A DNA stretch of 64,000 bases from Candidatus Kerfeldbacteria bacterium (GCA_016214565.1 JACROE010000002.1:536007-600006), one strand, 5' to 3'; positions 38,798 to 47,760 are shown, counted from the stretch's first letter. Translations and numbers: made by a program. The notes: generated by a model not told the origin, from the letters alone.

Positions 38798-40143
38798 GCA
38801 ATAATTGATTTGATGTAGCTAACCACTTCGGTCTTTTTTTCTTCCAGCAGTTCAGGCGTATCAGCTTCAAGCGTGATGCGGAGGAGTGGCTCAGTATTGG
38901 AGGGGCGGACATTAAACCACCAGGTGGGGTATTGCACCGTGAGACCATCCAGCTCGTCTTGGGTACCGTCGGCATATTTCTGCTTCACCTCAGTGATTAC
39001 TTTGAGCGTTTCATCCGTTTCAATGTTGATTTCATCACTTTTTGCGTAGGGGATGAGATCGGCGACTAGGGTAGATAATTTTTTGTTGTGTTGGGAAATG
39101 AGCATCCACAAAATGGCAAACGAAATAAAACCGGAGTCAGCATAGAAATTGTCTTTATAGGCGTAGTGAGCAGATAATTCGCCGCTCATGACACCGTCAC
39201 CCTCTCGCATAGTTTGGGCGACATTGACGAAGCCGACCTTACTGCGCAGCGGTCGCCCGCCCCACTCGGCGATGCGCTCGGGCACTGCCTTGCTGCAAAT
39301 AACGTTGTAGGCGATGCCAGCACCGGGGTACCGCTCCAGGAAGTATTTTGCCAGGATTAATAGGGTAGCATCGGCTCGAATAAACACTCCTGTCTCGGTG
39401 ACAAAAAATAGTCGGTCGGTATCACCGTCAAAGATAACGCCGAAGTCTGCCTTGTGCTTGATTACCGCCTGAGTGATTTCTACTTGTGATTCCGGCATAA
39501 GCGGATTTGAGGGATGGGCGGGGAAGGTACCATCCAGAGTGAAGTTGAGGGGGATGATAGTGCCGGGTAATTGCTTCGTTAATTCAGGAATAACTTTACC
39601 AGCCATGCCATTGCCTGCGTCGACGACAATGGTGAATGGTTTCAGCGCTTTCTGATCGACAAACGAGAGCACGTGCTGAATATATGCATTCATGACATCA
39701 CGTGATTGTACGGTGCCGGGTTGGTCACTGTCAGTAAATTTTTTGTCTTGAATGAAGTCGTATAATTCTTTGCCTCTGACATACTGCAGTTGGTCACCAT
39801 GTTTGACTACCATTTTGATGCCATTGTATTCCCTGGGATTATGCGATGCGGTCACCATCATACCGCCATCATAGTCATAGGTGCCGACGGTAAAATATGT
39901 CATGTCGATGGATACCATGCCAATATCATCTACGATTACGCCCTGGCTGGTGAGACCTTTGATGAGTGCCGCGGCCAGCTCAGGAGACCCGATGCGCATA
40001 TCGCGTCCAATCACCACTTTTTTCGCGCTGGTTAATTGGGCATAGGCTTGTCCGATGAGAAAAGCGGTTTCAACCGTTAAATCGGTCGGGTAAATTCCGC
40101 GGACGTCGTAGCTTTTGAAAACTTTTTGATGGATTGTCTGCAT
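38794..40143 (-). CDS. phosphohexomutase (phosphoglucosamine mutase / phosphomannomutase family)
   Basis: Active-site TASHNP (VMVTASHNPREYNGIK), metal-binding DGDTDR (FDGDTDRLF), sugar-binding GELSAHY (close to GEMSGH). Confidence 0.88.
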   Translation of the reverse strand: MQTIHQKVFKSYDVRGIYPTDLTVETAFLIGQAYAQLTSAKKVVIGRDMRIGSPELAAALIKGLTSQGVIVDDIGMVSIDMTYFTVGTYDYDGGMMVTASHNPREYNGIKMVVKHGDQLQYVRGKELYDFIQDKKFTDSDQPGTVQSRDVMNAYIQHVLSFVDQKALKPFTIVVDAGNGMAGKVIPELTKQLPGTIIPLNFTLDGTFPAHPSNPLMPESQVEITQAVIKHKADFGVIFDGDTDRLFFVTETGVFIRADATLLILAKYFLERYPGAGIAYNVICSKAVPERIAEWGGRPLRSKVGFVNVAQTMREGDGVMSGELSAHYAYKDNFYADSGFISFAILWMLISQHNKKLSTLVADLIPYAKSDEINIETDETLKVITEVKQKYADGTQDELDGLTVQYPTWWFNVRPSNTEPLLRITLEADTPELLEEKKTEVVSYIKSIIA

Positions 40144-40146
40144 ACA

Positions 40147-41298
40147 TTATTTTTTACTCGACGGCGTTCGTTTGGTCAGGATTACCCAGAGTGTACCGAG
40201 AAACCAGATTGAACTAACGAGCGAGACGGTCCAGCCAATCGTCGGAATATTGGCAAGCGCTACAACAATCAGCGTGCCCAGCATCATGCGCCAGATGAAT
40301 GGAGTCGTTTTGCCATTCCGATTGAGGAGCCAGGTGCCCAGCAGGGTTCCCACAAATATTTTTGACAAATATATTGCCAGCAGATAGCAGCCCAGGCTGA
40401 TGAGCCCGAGCGGCAAACCAATGAGCGTCATCATGGCAATCACTGAAAGGATTGGCACGGCGATAAACAGTAAAAGCCCCCAGAGCATAATGATGACAGG
40501 TTCGACTTGCATCCGTTTCATGGTCGACTCAATGCGTTCACTGGCAATGCTGACCACTATAGTGCCCACTAAGAGCAGGCCAAAGAGGCCAATTAATTCA
40601 CTGAGGATCCATGCTCGCGTGAAGAAGTCCTTGTCGAATTCAAGGTTGGCATTGAATTGGCGATGCACCGTATTGCCAGTAATCACCGCCGCCGTTGAGA
40701 CGTTTGCCGCCTGTGTACCGCGATAGGTGAAATCCCCATTGATGACGGCGCTATCACCCAGGGTAATACGTCCCTTTTCTCCCAGCGTAACGTCGACATT
40801 ACTCCCAATAGTATTGGAAATAGATACAGCCTCGCCTGCTAAGGAGACATTCCCACCGATCGGTCCATTCAGTTGCAGCGTCCGCCCGCCCGCAATAATG
40901 CTCCATCCAATCGTGGCTTCATCATCAAGCGTAATGGTTTCACCGGCTACGGTCACATTTTTTCCTACGGGAGCATTGATGCTGATGCGCTGGCCACCGG
41001 CGCGGACATTACCCGCTACGGGACCATTGATCTCCAGCGTGCCTGCGCCGCTGATGACATCACCATTGACCGTGCCATTGATGGTGATCGTGCTGCCAAA
41101 GGCATAGACATCACCATTGACCGTGCCATTGATGGTGATTTGATCGCCTGCCGCGAACAGGTTATCGTCAATGGTTTCATCCTTGGCAATGGTAATCTGC
41201 TCTTCGGTACTGATGGATAATGCCTGGCTAGTCTGAGGGAGTAGCGCGATCCCCATGACTAAAAATCCGAACAGAATGGCGGCGTGGCGTAGTTTCAT
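40147..41298 (-). CDS. membrane protein with N-terminal beta-helix-type repeats (bactofilin/DUF4097-like) and a C-terminal polytopic domain
   Basis: Signal peptide MKLRHAAILFGFLVMGIALLPQTSQA. Repeats INGTVNGDVYAFGSTITINGTVNGDVISGAGTLEINGPVAGNVRAGGQRISINAPVGKNV..., then ~5 TM helices. The track ORF extends N-terminally into the neighbouring gene and was trimmed. Confidence 0.5.
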   Translation of the reverse strand: MKLRHAAILFGFLVMGIALLPQTSQALSISTEEQITIAKDETIDDNLFAAGDQITINGTVNGDVYAFGSTITINGTVNGDVISGAGTLEINGPVAGNVRAGGQRISINAPVGKNVTVAGETITLDDEATIGWSIIAGGRTLQLNGPIGGNVSLAGEAVSISNTIGSNVDVTLGEKGRITLGDSAVINGDFTYRGTQAANVSTAAVITGNTVHRQFNANLEFDKDFFTRAWILSELIGLFGLLLVGTIVVSIASERIESTMKRMQVEPVIIMLWGLLLFIAVPILSVIAMMTLIGLPLGLISLGCYLLAIYLSKIFVGTLLGTWLLNRNGKTTPFIWRMMLGTLIVVALANIPTIGWTVSLVSSIWFLGTLWVILTKRTPSSKK

Positions 41299-41363
41299 AG
41301 GTAAGTATGTGTGCAATACATTAATATTTCTTGCCGTTACGGTACCACGAAATATGTCTTTTT

Positions 41364-42083
41364 TCAATGCTTTTGGGCGACGGTAGTCAGATTGAATCCT
41401 TTGGTTGCTGGCGCGGCAATTCCATTTGCCGTGTACTGGTGATAGATTAGTGAAAGGTTGTTTTGTTTGAGCAGTTTTCCGAGACTGCCTTTTGAAAATA
41501 AATGGAGATATCGTTTTCCCTGCACTACGCCTGATTGGTTTTTCCATGGCTTTTCTACATCTCCCCAATCTAATGAATTCATGCCGAGCATTTTTTTCAA
41601 TGAATAGCGTACGAGGAGTCCCCACCACTGGGCGTGCCAGAGATTCCATTCGGTGAGGCAGAGGTAACCGCCGGGTTTGAGGACGCGGGCTGCTTCTTGG
41701 ATGGCAGCGCGGCGGAGCTCCCGTGACGGAATATGATGCAGTGTGGCGACGCAGCAAACCACGTCGAATTGCTGGTCGGGAAATGGCAATTCAGTTGCCT
41801 CACTGACCAGGAAGGTAGCCGCTGGGTGTGCTTGTTTGGCAATATCAATGAGCGCCATGCTATTATCTACGCCGGTATAATGGATTTCCTTTTTTTCGAG
41901 AAAAGTAGCCAGCCGGCCATTGCCACAGCCTATGTCTAATACGCGATTGCCTGTTTTGACATATGGCTCAAATAGGGTAAACTCCCCCCACGGATGCGAC
42001 CTCGTGCCAGAAAATTGCTGGGCAATCCGGTTGTATACCTGCTTGTTTTCCTTTACAATCCTTTGTGCACGTGCCTGTTTCAT
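41364..42083 (-). CDS. class I SAM-dependent methyltransferase, Trm9/ALKBH8-MT-like (predicted tRNA cm5U34 methyltransferase)
   Basis: Motif I VLDIGCGNG. Post-I VDNSMALIDIA. ATLHHIPSRELRRAAIQEAARVLKPGGYLCLTEWNLWH closely resembles Trm9 (..VIHH..T.ERR..AL.E..R.LKPGG..LIY.WA.EQ). Confidence 0.6.
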   Translation of the reverse strand: MKQARAQRIVKENKQVYNRIAQQFSGTRSHPWGEFTLFEPYVKTGNRVLDIGCGNGRLATFLEKKEIHYTGVDNSMALIDIAKQAHPAATFLVSEATELPFPDQQFDVVCCVATLHHIPSRELRRAAIQEAARVLKPGGYLCLTEWNLWHAQWWGLLVRYSLKKMLGMNSLDWGDVEKPWKNQSGVVQGKRYLHLFSKGSLGKLLKQNNLSLIYHQYTANGIAAPATKGFNLTTVAQKH

Positions 42084-42087
42084 ATAT

Positions 42088-43692
42088 ATGAGTGTATCAC
42101 AATCCTACATAACTGACCTGCAGAAAATTCGTCCTACTGACGAGGAGGCTTTGCGCCAGGCAAAACGCGATTTAGCTACCAAACATGGAAGTACTATTGT
42201 TTCCAATGCAAAGATTCTAAAAGAGTATCGGACGCATGTGGCGACCGATGATCAAGATCAAACATTATTACGCGTTCTCCGCAAGCGGAATGTACGGACG
42301 CTATCGGGTATTGCGCCGGTGACCGTATTGACCAAGCCCTATCCCTGCCCGGGGCGCTGCGCTTACTGTCCGACCGAAGCGCGCATGCCGAAGAGCTACA
42401 TCGCCTCGGAGCCGGCTGCCCAGCGCGCCCTGCAATTGCATTTTGATCCGTACCAGCAGATGAAGCTTCGCATCGAGGCATTTGAGGCAAACGGCCACAA
42501 CGCCGATAAAATTGAATTGATCGTGCTTGGTGGCACCTGGTCATACTATGATGAGCAGTACCAGCAGGAGTTTATCAAAGGATTGTTTGATGGCGCCAAT
42601 GGATTTATTGCTGACTCGTTAGCTATTGCGCAGAAGCATAATGAGACAGCTCAGCACCGTATCATTGGCTTGACCCTCGAGACCCGGCCGGACTATGTCA
42701 CCAAAGAAGAGTTGTGGCGGATGCGGCAGTTTGGTTGTACCCATGTGCAGATTGGCGTGCAGACGCTTGACCAACAAGTGCTTGACCTCATCAAGCGCGA
42801 CGACAATGTGCAAAATATTGCGCGGGCTACGGCTATGCTCCGGGATTTTGGTTTCAAAGTGACATATCATTTGATGCCGGGTTTGCCAGGCGCTACGCCC
42901 GAAGGCGATTATCAAGTGTTCAAACAAGTATTTACCGACCCGCGGTTCCAGCCGGATATGCTGAAGATTTATCCGTGTGTGGTGGTGAAGAGCGCACAGA
43001 TTTACCAGTGGTATAAAGATGGAAAATATAAACCATACGAGGGGAAACAGCTGCTTGATTTGCTCGTCCGCATTAAGAAAGATTTAATACCACCCTACGT
43101 CCGTATCAATCGTTTGATTCGTGATATCCCCGGCGATGATATCGTGGCAGGTAATTTGGTAACCAACCTGCGTCAGTTGATGCATGATCAAGGAGTGGTC
43201 TGTCAATGCATCCGGTGTCGGGAAGTGCGCGATGCGGTGCCGGAGACAGAAGTGCAATTGATGGAGCGTACCTATCGTGCTGGCCAGGGAGCTGAGCATT
43301 TCCTTAGCTTTGAAAATAGTGATCAATCCAAACTGTACGCCTTTACCCGCCTGCGGTTGCCGGATCGTGAGCATCGAATTACCGAAAAGCTCGAAGTGGT
43401 TCGTTTCTTTGATAAGAAGAAAATCACCATGACCGGCAACGAATTAGCGTTTCCCACTGACACAGCCTTGATTCGTGAATTACATACGTATGGCGAACTG
43501 ATTCCCGTCGGGTCAGCACGGTCCGCCACCCAGCATATTGGATTTGGCAAACGCTTGATGGCACGCGCCGAGGAGATAGCTCGGCGTGAGGGGTATAAAA
43601 AGCTAGCTGTCATTTCGGGCATTGGCGTGCGGGGGTATTATGAAAAATTAGGTTTCACGCTCCAGGATACATACATGGTGAAGGAGCTTTAG
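42088..43692 (+). CDS. elp3: Elp3-family radical-SAM/GNAT enzyme (tRNA uridine-34 carboxymethylation, Elongator subunit 3 homolog)
   Basis: CPGRCAYC radical-SAM cluster motif. Colinear with eukaryotic/archaeal Elp3 through the rSAM core (IIGLTLETRPDY, GCTHVQIGVQT, YHLMPGLPG, LKIYPCVV) to the C-terminal GNAT (HIGFGKRLMARAEEIARREGYKKLAVISGIGVRGYYEKLGFTLQDTYMVKEL). Start at the internal Met because the track start overlaps the divergent gene. Confidence 0.85.
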   Translation: MSVSQSYITDLQKIRPTDEEALRQAKRDLATKHGSTIVSNAKILKEYRTHVATDDQDQTLLRVLRKRNVRTLSGIAPVTVLTKPYPCPGRCAYCPTEARMPKSYIASEPAAQRALQLHFDPYQQMKLRIEAFEANGHNADKIELIVLGGTWSYYDEQYQQEFIKGLFDGANGFIADSLAIAQKHNETAQHRIIGLTLETRPDYVTKEELWRMRQFGCTHVQIGVQTLDQQVLDLIKRDDNVQNIARATAMLRDFGFKVTYHLMPGLPGATPEGDYQVFKQVFTDPRFQPDMLKIYPCVVVKSAQIYQWYKDGKYKPYEGKQLLDLLVRIKKDLIPPYVRINRLIRDIPGDDIVAGNLVTNLRQLMHDQGVVCQCIRCREVRDAVPETEVQLMERTYRAGQGAEHFLSFENSDQSKLYAFTRLRLPDREHRITEKLEVVRFFDKKKITMTGNELAFPTDTALIRELHTYGELIPVGSARSATQHIGFGKRLMARAEEIARREGYKKLAVISGIGVRGYYEKLGFTLQDTYMVKEL

Positions 43693-43772
43693 AAATTCAC
43701 GCAAATTACTTGTCATCCTGAACTTGTTTCAGGATCTTTTATTGTTTAGTCACTTTTCTTGACATGAGTATT

Positions 43773-43802
43773 CGCCACTTTTCTGTCCGTCCAGAAAAGT
43801 GG
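43773..43802. promoter_or_regulatory. perfect 12-bp inverted repeat GCCACTTTTCTG-N6-CAGAAAAGTGGC (operator-like or RNA hairpin)
   Basis: Sits just downstream of a TTGACA hexamer (43757-62) in the Elp3 3' intergenic region. Confidence 0.35.
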
Positions 43803-44045
43803 CAGAAAAGAGACGCCGCCATGTCACAGAAATTAACACAAACGGGTTCATCGTCACTTTGCGATGTAACTCGCTTTTCGTCCGCCTTTGGCGGACTCAT
43901 ACGCTCGAACATGACATCGCGATCCGCCATCGGCGGACCGTTCCTCTTCTCGCCGTTTGTGTAACATTTCTGTTCAAATGGCGGTTTTATTAATTTTATA
44001 TCTCGCTACTCCTTGAGGCCGTTAGGGGGTATCTTTCTTAGGGTC

Positions 44046-44074
44046 TTGACAAATTGGGGTAGAGGGTGTATAGT
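44046..44074 (+). promoter_or_regulatory. sigma70 promoter TTGACA-17-TATAGT with ~185-nt structured leader before 44261
   Basis: ggtcTTGACAaattggggtagagggtgTATAGTag. Confidence 0.5.
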
Positions 44075-44260
44075 AGCTGGTTGTAAATTTTTTGGAGCGG
44101 TGTGCTTGCTTGGCTCCTGTCGGATACATTGTGGTATCCATAGAAGCCAGATTGGCACCAATACATTAACAAAACACTGTAGGCTGGGACGGTCAATAAA
44201 CCGCCGATCTGGTAGTCCACAACAGCAACAGTGAAACACTTTTTTTCAAAGGAGGTTTGC

Positions 44261-45505
44261 GTGAAACGCAAGCTGTTCATCATCAGTATTGTGTTGATGG
44301 TTTTTTCCATCAGCGCAACGACGCAGTCCAGGCCTCGGTGGGACTTGCCGAAGTACAATACTCAGGATCGGGCGTATTTGGATACATACGCACCCCTGAA
44401 TATGCAGCAGTCAGTTCGGAAGGCCTGGGTAGATATCTGTGGTCGTAATCAGGCCATCTATCCTGATCTCGACAAGGTCAAACCCGGCGACACAATTTTG
44501 TTGCCGCTTGGGTACGATATCTTTGTCGCCCAGGCTGGTGGGCGCGATTGCATGTGGAGAGCGGCTGAGTACTATGTGAATAACGTAGTCATGCCGTACT
44601 ATGGCCGACCGGCTCCTGCACCGGAAACTATCTCCAAACCGGAAACGGTGAGGGTGGAAGCGCCAGCACCTGTCGTTCCGGCAACTCGCACCCGCGAGAT
44701 GCCGCTTTCGTTTCTGTTGTTAGTTGTGGCATTTATTGTTGCAATCGTCCTACTGTATCAGTATTCGTCGCGACGTGAGCGGGAACGTGAACGGGCGCAA
44801 AAGTTCGTTCCTGATCCGCCACATTTCGAAAATGATGGTGATGCGGTAGTGACGCCGGTTGCGCAGTCAGCACTGCAGCGGGCCTATGGTCGCACTATCA
44901 AGATCGTCGGGCCGATCGAGCGTGGGTATATCACGGGTGACATGATCATGTTCAACAAAGACGGATCAACGAATACCCAATCATTCAACAATGAGCCTGG
45001 GTTCCGCACGCTCATCCAATTCGAGGATGGCAAAATCCGTGAGGTCGTCAGTCGGTGGTCATGTTTTAATCCCGTGTATAGCTACGACGATGCTGATTTT
45101 CGCGGCTTCTTCCGACCTGCTGAATCGTCGGTCGCGACGGAAATCCCCGTGGCCTATGATACGGCGATCAACTGTCTCAAGATGAGCATTCAGGGCAATG
45201 AGGAACCCCTCTATGCCGACGAAATACCCGGTGAAGTTGAACCTGATAATTCAGACAAGACTGAAACGGTGGCAGCTGCAGCGCCGGTTATGACTTCGGC
45301 GCCTGATCCTGAGCACCAGCTGATGAAACTTGGCGGTTGCCAGGTCTCAAAGAGTCGGCTTACGCTCGAATCGTTCGAGGGGACACCGGCGCAGCTCGAC
45401 AAGGTGCTCAATACCTTGACGCGGCACGCGCAGATCATCGGCGACGGCAAACCCGCCACGCCCGAGACTCCGGCGTCCAAGTCGGATGAGGGCACTGCCT
45501 CCTAA
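44261..45505 (+). CDS. membrane protein (signal peptide, extracytoplasmic domain, TM helix, cytoplasmic domain), hypothetical
   Basis: GTG start 7 nt after AAAGGAGG. Signal VKRKLFIISIVLMVFSISA. TM LSFLLLVVAFIVAIVLLYQY followed by SSRRERERERAQ. Confidence 0.6.
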   Translation: MKRKLFIISIVLMVFSISATTQSRPRWDLPKYNTQDRAYLDTYAPLNMQQSVRKAWVDICGRNQAIYPDLDKVKPGDTILLPLGYDIFVAQAGGRDCMWRAAEYYVNNVVMPYYGRPAPAPETISKPETVRVEAPAPVVPATRTREMPLSFLLLVVAFIVAIVLLYQYSSRRERERERAQKFVPDPPHFENDGDAVVTPVAQSALQRAYGRTIKIVGPIERGYITGDMIMFNKDGSTNTQSFNNEPGFRTLIQFEDGKIREVVSRWSCFNPVYSYDDADFRGFFRPAESSVATEIPVAYDTAINCLKMSIQGNEEPLYADEIPGEVEPDNSDKTETVAAAAPVMTSAPDPEHQLMKLGGCQVSKSRLTLESFEGTPAQLDKVLNTLTRHAQIIGDGKPATPETPASKSDEGTAS

Positions 45506-45549
45506 GCACCTTTGTGCCACTAATTAAAATTTAGTGGAAGTGGTATTCA

Positions 45550-45590
45550 AATAACCGCGCCGCCTGTCGAATGATTTTTCATTCCACAGG
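45550..45590 (+). terminator. intrinsic terminator after 44261..45505
   Basis: CCGCCTGT...ACAGGCGG followed by TTTTTT, preceded by a second hairpin CCACTAA-ttaaaat-TTAGTGG. Confidence 0.6.
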
Positions 45591-45689
45591 CGGTTTTTTA
45601 TTGACGTTCTGGTATCGTCGTGTTAAGGTGGTGCGAAAGAAAAATAAACCAAAAAAGCCCTTATACAACCCTAACACAAGGAGTTTCTC

Positions 45690-47459
45690 ATGCGTTATGT
45701 CCAACTCTGGATTGTCCTTATGCTGTGCCTGTTCGTCAGCGCTTGCAGCAAAAAGAGCAGTGGCCCGACTGGTCCCAGTCCTGACACGACACCGCCGAGT
45801 GTAGTGTCGACCGTACCCAGCGAAGGAGCAATTGTTCCGAATAATCAGGTACTATCCCTGACCTTCTCTGAGGAATTGTCATCCGCAACGGTGACAAAAG
45901 AGAATTTTATTGTCGTGACTGGTACTGATACTATTGCCGGAACGGTGAGCTATGCAAATAAGATTGCCACGTTCATTCCGAGTAGTGCTTTGACGTTCGG
46001 CACTTATTATGAGGTATACCTCAAAAATATTACTGACAAAGCCGGCAATGTCATGGCTGAAGCACGTGTTTTGTTTTTTTCTACCGCCGTGCCAACAACA
46101 CCGCCGAAGTTGCTGTGGTCCATACCTGCTCCCGGCGCCATCAACATAGCACAGTACACCAGTATAGTGCTGAAATTCGATCGCCCGATGGATGTGTGGA
46201 GCTCGCATCACCCCGATTACTACACCTTCGACAGTTATCAGGGTGGACATTATATCAAGGATTCAGCCGGATGCCTCGTTGTTTCACTGTATGGCTTACT
46301 TGAAAAAGGTAAGTCACATACGCTGACGATTTCTGGGTACGTGGCTGATACGTGGAAGAATGAGTTGGGTACCCCGGTATCCATTCAGTTTACCACGACG
46401 CAATCATCGCCGTATTGGGCGACACTGCTCCATGCGAGCGAATATTCTCGCGCCTATGACGTAGTTGCGCTGCATGGATCCTATTATGTTCTGGTCGCTT
46501 CGAGCGCTGATATATTCTGCTGTGAGGCAGCTCATATTTATCGGGTATCGCCGAATGGTAATGCTACATTGTTTGCAGAATTCCCCTATCCGATTTTTGA
46601 TAACACTGCCCTCGTGGCATCTGTCGACGAGTATCTGATATTTCAGGGAAGCAGCGAGCTTGGCACTGCCACTGAGCGTCCGTTCTTGGCGCGATATGAT
46701 CAATCCGGCGTCATGACCTGGCTGAAATCGTATGCCGGTTTTCCGGAGTATCGGGCTACTTCGACCATGACTTGTTCAGATAATGGGTATGCAATGACGC
46801 TCGTCGGTAATGCGGGCACGCAATCCTTTTTGGTGAAGACCAACGGGATTGGTGATATCGCCTGGCAGTATAATCTGACAGCGGGAACTGGCATCCTCAA
46901 TGCTGCTGGATGTGTCGAATTAAACAATGAGAGTATTCTTGTTGTTGGCATGGGGTCGAGCGGTAAAATCGCTGTTGTGGTTGATTATTATGGCAACTTC
47001 GTTTCCAAGAAGACATTCGGGAATACAAGCGATGATGTGCATCGGGTCGCCAAAACGTCAGAGGACGGCGCGGTGATCTGTGGCAACTATTATCGGCCGG
47101 ATGGGTTTGAGGATTACTACATTGCCAAACTCGATAATACCGGATCGCTACTCTGGGAGCGCCGTTATCAGCAAGTGTTGCATGGTTCGGCGGGGTACTA
47201 TTTTACCTTGTGCCAGGCGGCCAACGGGGATTATCTCATGACCAGCGATGGTGCATCTGATAATCAGCTCTTGCGCGTGAATGGATCGGGTGGGCATGTC
47301 TCATCTCAAACGGTCAGATTCATGTCTGGGGGCTTTAAGTATCTTGAGGATATGATCCCGACGGCCGATGGGTTCGTTCTGGTTGGAAATTCAGCCTTTA
47401 GCTCTATTAGTGGGCCGCGCGGGTTCATTACGAAGCTAAATAGTCAGGGAACCCTGTAG
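45690..47459 (+). CDS. lipoprotein with N-terminal Ig-like (Big) domain and beta-propeller-like repeats, hypothetical
   Basis: SD AAGGAG. Lipobox LFVSAC. SVVSTVPSEGAIVPNNQVLSLTFSE is typical of a Big_5/SbsA Ig-like domain. Repeated Gly/Tyr-rich strands follow. Confidence 0.65.
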   Translation: MRYVQLWIVLMLCLFVSACSKKSSGPTGPSPDTTPPSVVSTVPSEGAIVPNNQVLSLTFSEELSSATVTKENFIVVTGTDTIAGTVSYANKIATFIPSSALTFGTYYEVYLKNITDKAGNVMAEARVLFFSTAVPTTPPKLLWSIPAPGAINIAQYTSIVLKFDRPMDVWSSHHPDYYTFDSYQGGHYIKDSAGCLVVSLYGLLEKGKSHTLTISGYVADTWKNELGTPVSIQFTTTQSSPYWATLLHASEYSRAYDVVALHGSYYVLVASSADIFCCEAAHIYRVSPNGNATLFAEFPYPIFDNTALVASVDEYLIFQGSSELGTATERPFLARYDQSGVMTWLKSYAGFPEYRATSTMTCSDNGYAMTLVGNAGTQSFLVKTNGIGDIAWQYNLTAGTGILNAAGCVELNNESILVVGMGSSGKIAVVVDYYGNFVSKKTFGNTSDDVHRVAKTSEDGAVICGNYYRPDGFEDYYIAKLDNTGSLLWERRYQQVLHGSAGYYFTLCQAANGDYLMTSDGASDNQLLRVNGSGGHVSSQTVRFMSGGFKYLEDMIPTADGFVLVGNSAFSSISGPRGFITKLNSQGTL

Positions 47460-47481
47460 ATCTATTTTGTTTTTTACCTTT

Positions 47482-47510
47482 AAGAGCGGCGAAAGTCGCT
47501 CTTATTTTTT
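47482..47510 (+). terminator. intrinsic terminator after the lipoprotein gene
   Basis: AAGAGCG-gcgaaagt-CGCTCTT followed by ATTTTTT. Confidence 0.65.
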
Positions 47511-47515
47511 ATAAA

Positions 47516-47548
47516 GAAAAAGCGCAATCTCGGGATGAGACTGCGCTT
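47516..47548 (-). terminator. intrinsic terminator (minus strand) after the Cys-rich mini-protein gene
   Basis: Reverse complement AAGCGCAG...TGCGCTT followed by TTTTCTTTAT. Confidence 0.5.
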
Positions 47549-47574
47549 GGTTAATGTATAAAAGAGAACAAAGA

Positions 47575-47760
47575 CTAAACGGTGCCGGAGCCGTGGCACG
47601 TCGGACATTCGCCCGACCCACCACAATGAGAACAATCAATTTCAGGGGTCAGGGGCTCGACACCCGTACCGCTGCAATTAGAACACTTACCATTGCCAAC
47701 GTCACAACCAGGCAGATGGTCAGCGCAGTCGGAACAACCCTCTTCGAGGTACTCTCCCAT
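47575..47760 (-). CDS. 61-aa cysteine-rich zinc-finger mini-protein with DnaJ-CR-like CxxCxGxG repeats
   Basis: MGEYLEEGCSDCADHLPGCDVGNGKCSNCSGTGVEPLTPEIDCSHCGGSGECPTCHGSGTV. Perfect extended SD AAAGGAGGTGAT 6 nt upstream of the ATG. Confidence 0.7.
   Translation of the reverse strand: MGEYLEEGCSDCADHLPGCDVGNGKCSNCSGTGVEPLTPEIDCSHCGGSGECPTCHGSGTV

Noticed and set aside
40147-41757. 536-aa extended version of the beta-helix membrane protein
   Set aside because: The N-terminal 150 codons overlap the convergent methyltransferase gene. They are Arg/Pro-rich with no signal peptide, and an internal Met followed by a classic signal peptide (MKLRHAAILFGFLVMGIALLPQTSQA) gives a sensible start at 41298.
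41920-42087. N-terminal 56-codon extension of Elp3
   Set aside because: The extension overlaps the divergent Trm9-like gene on the opposite strand. Elp3 homology begins near the internal Met at 42088.
47575-47760. LysW-type amino-group carrier protein
   Set aside because: LysW has a single zinc ribbon and an acidic C-terminal EDWGE tail for ligation by LysX. This protein has three CxxCxGxG DnaJ-type repeats and ends GSGTV, so the analogy is functional speculation only.
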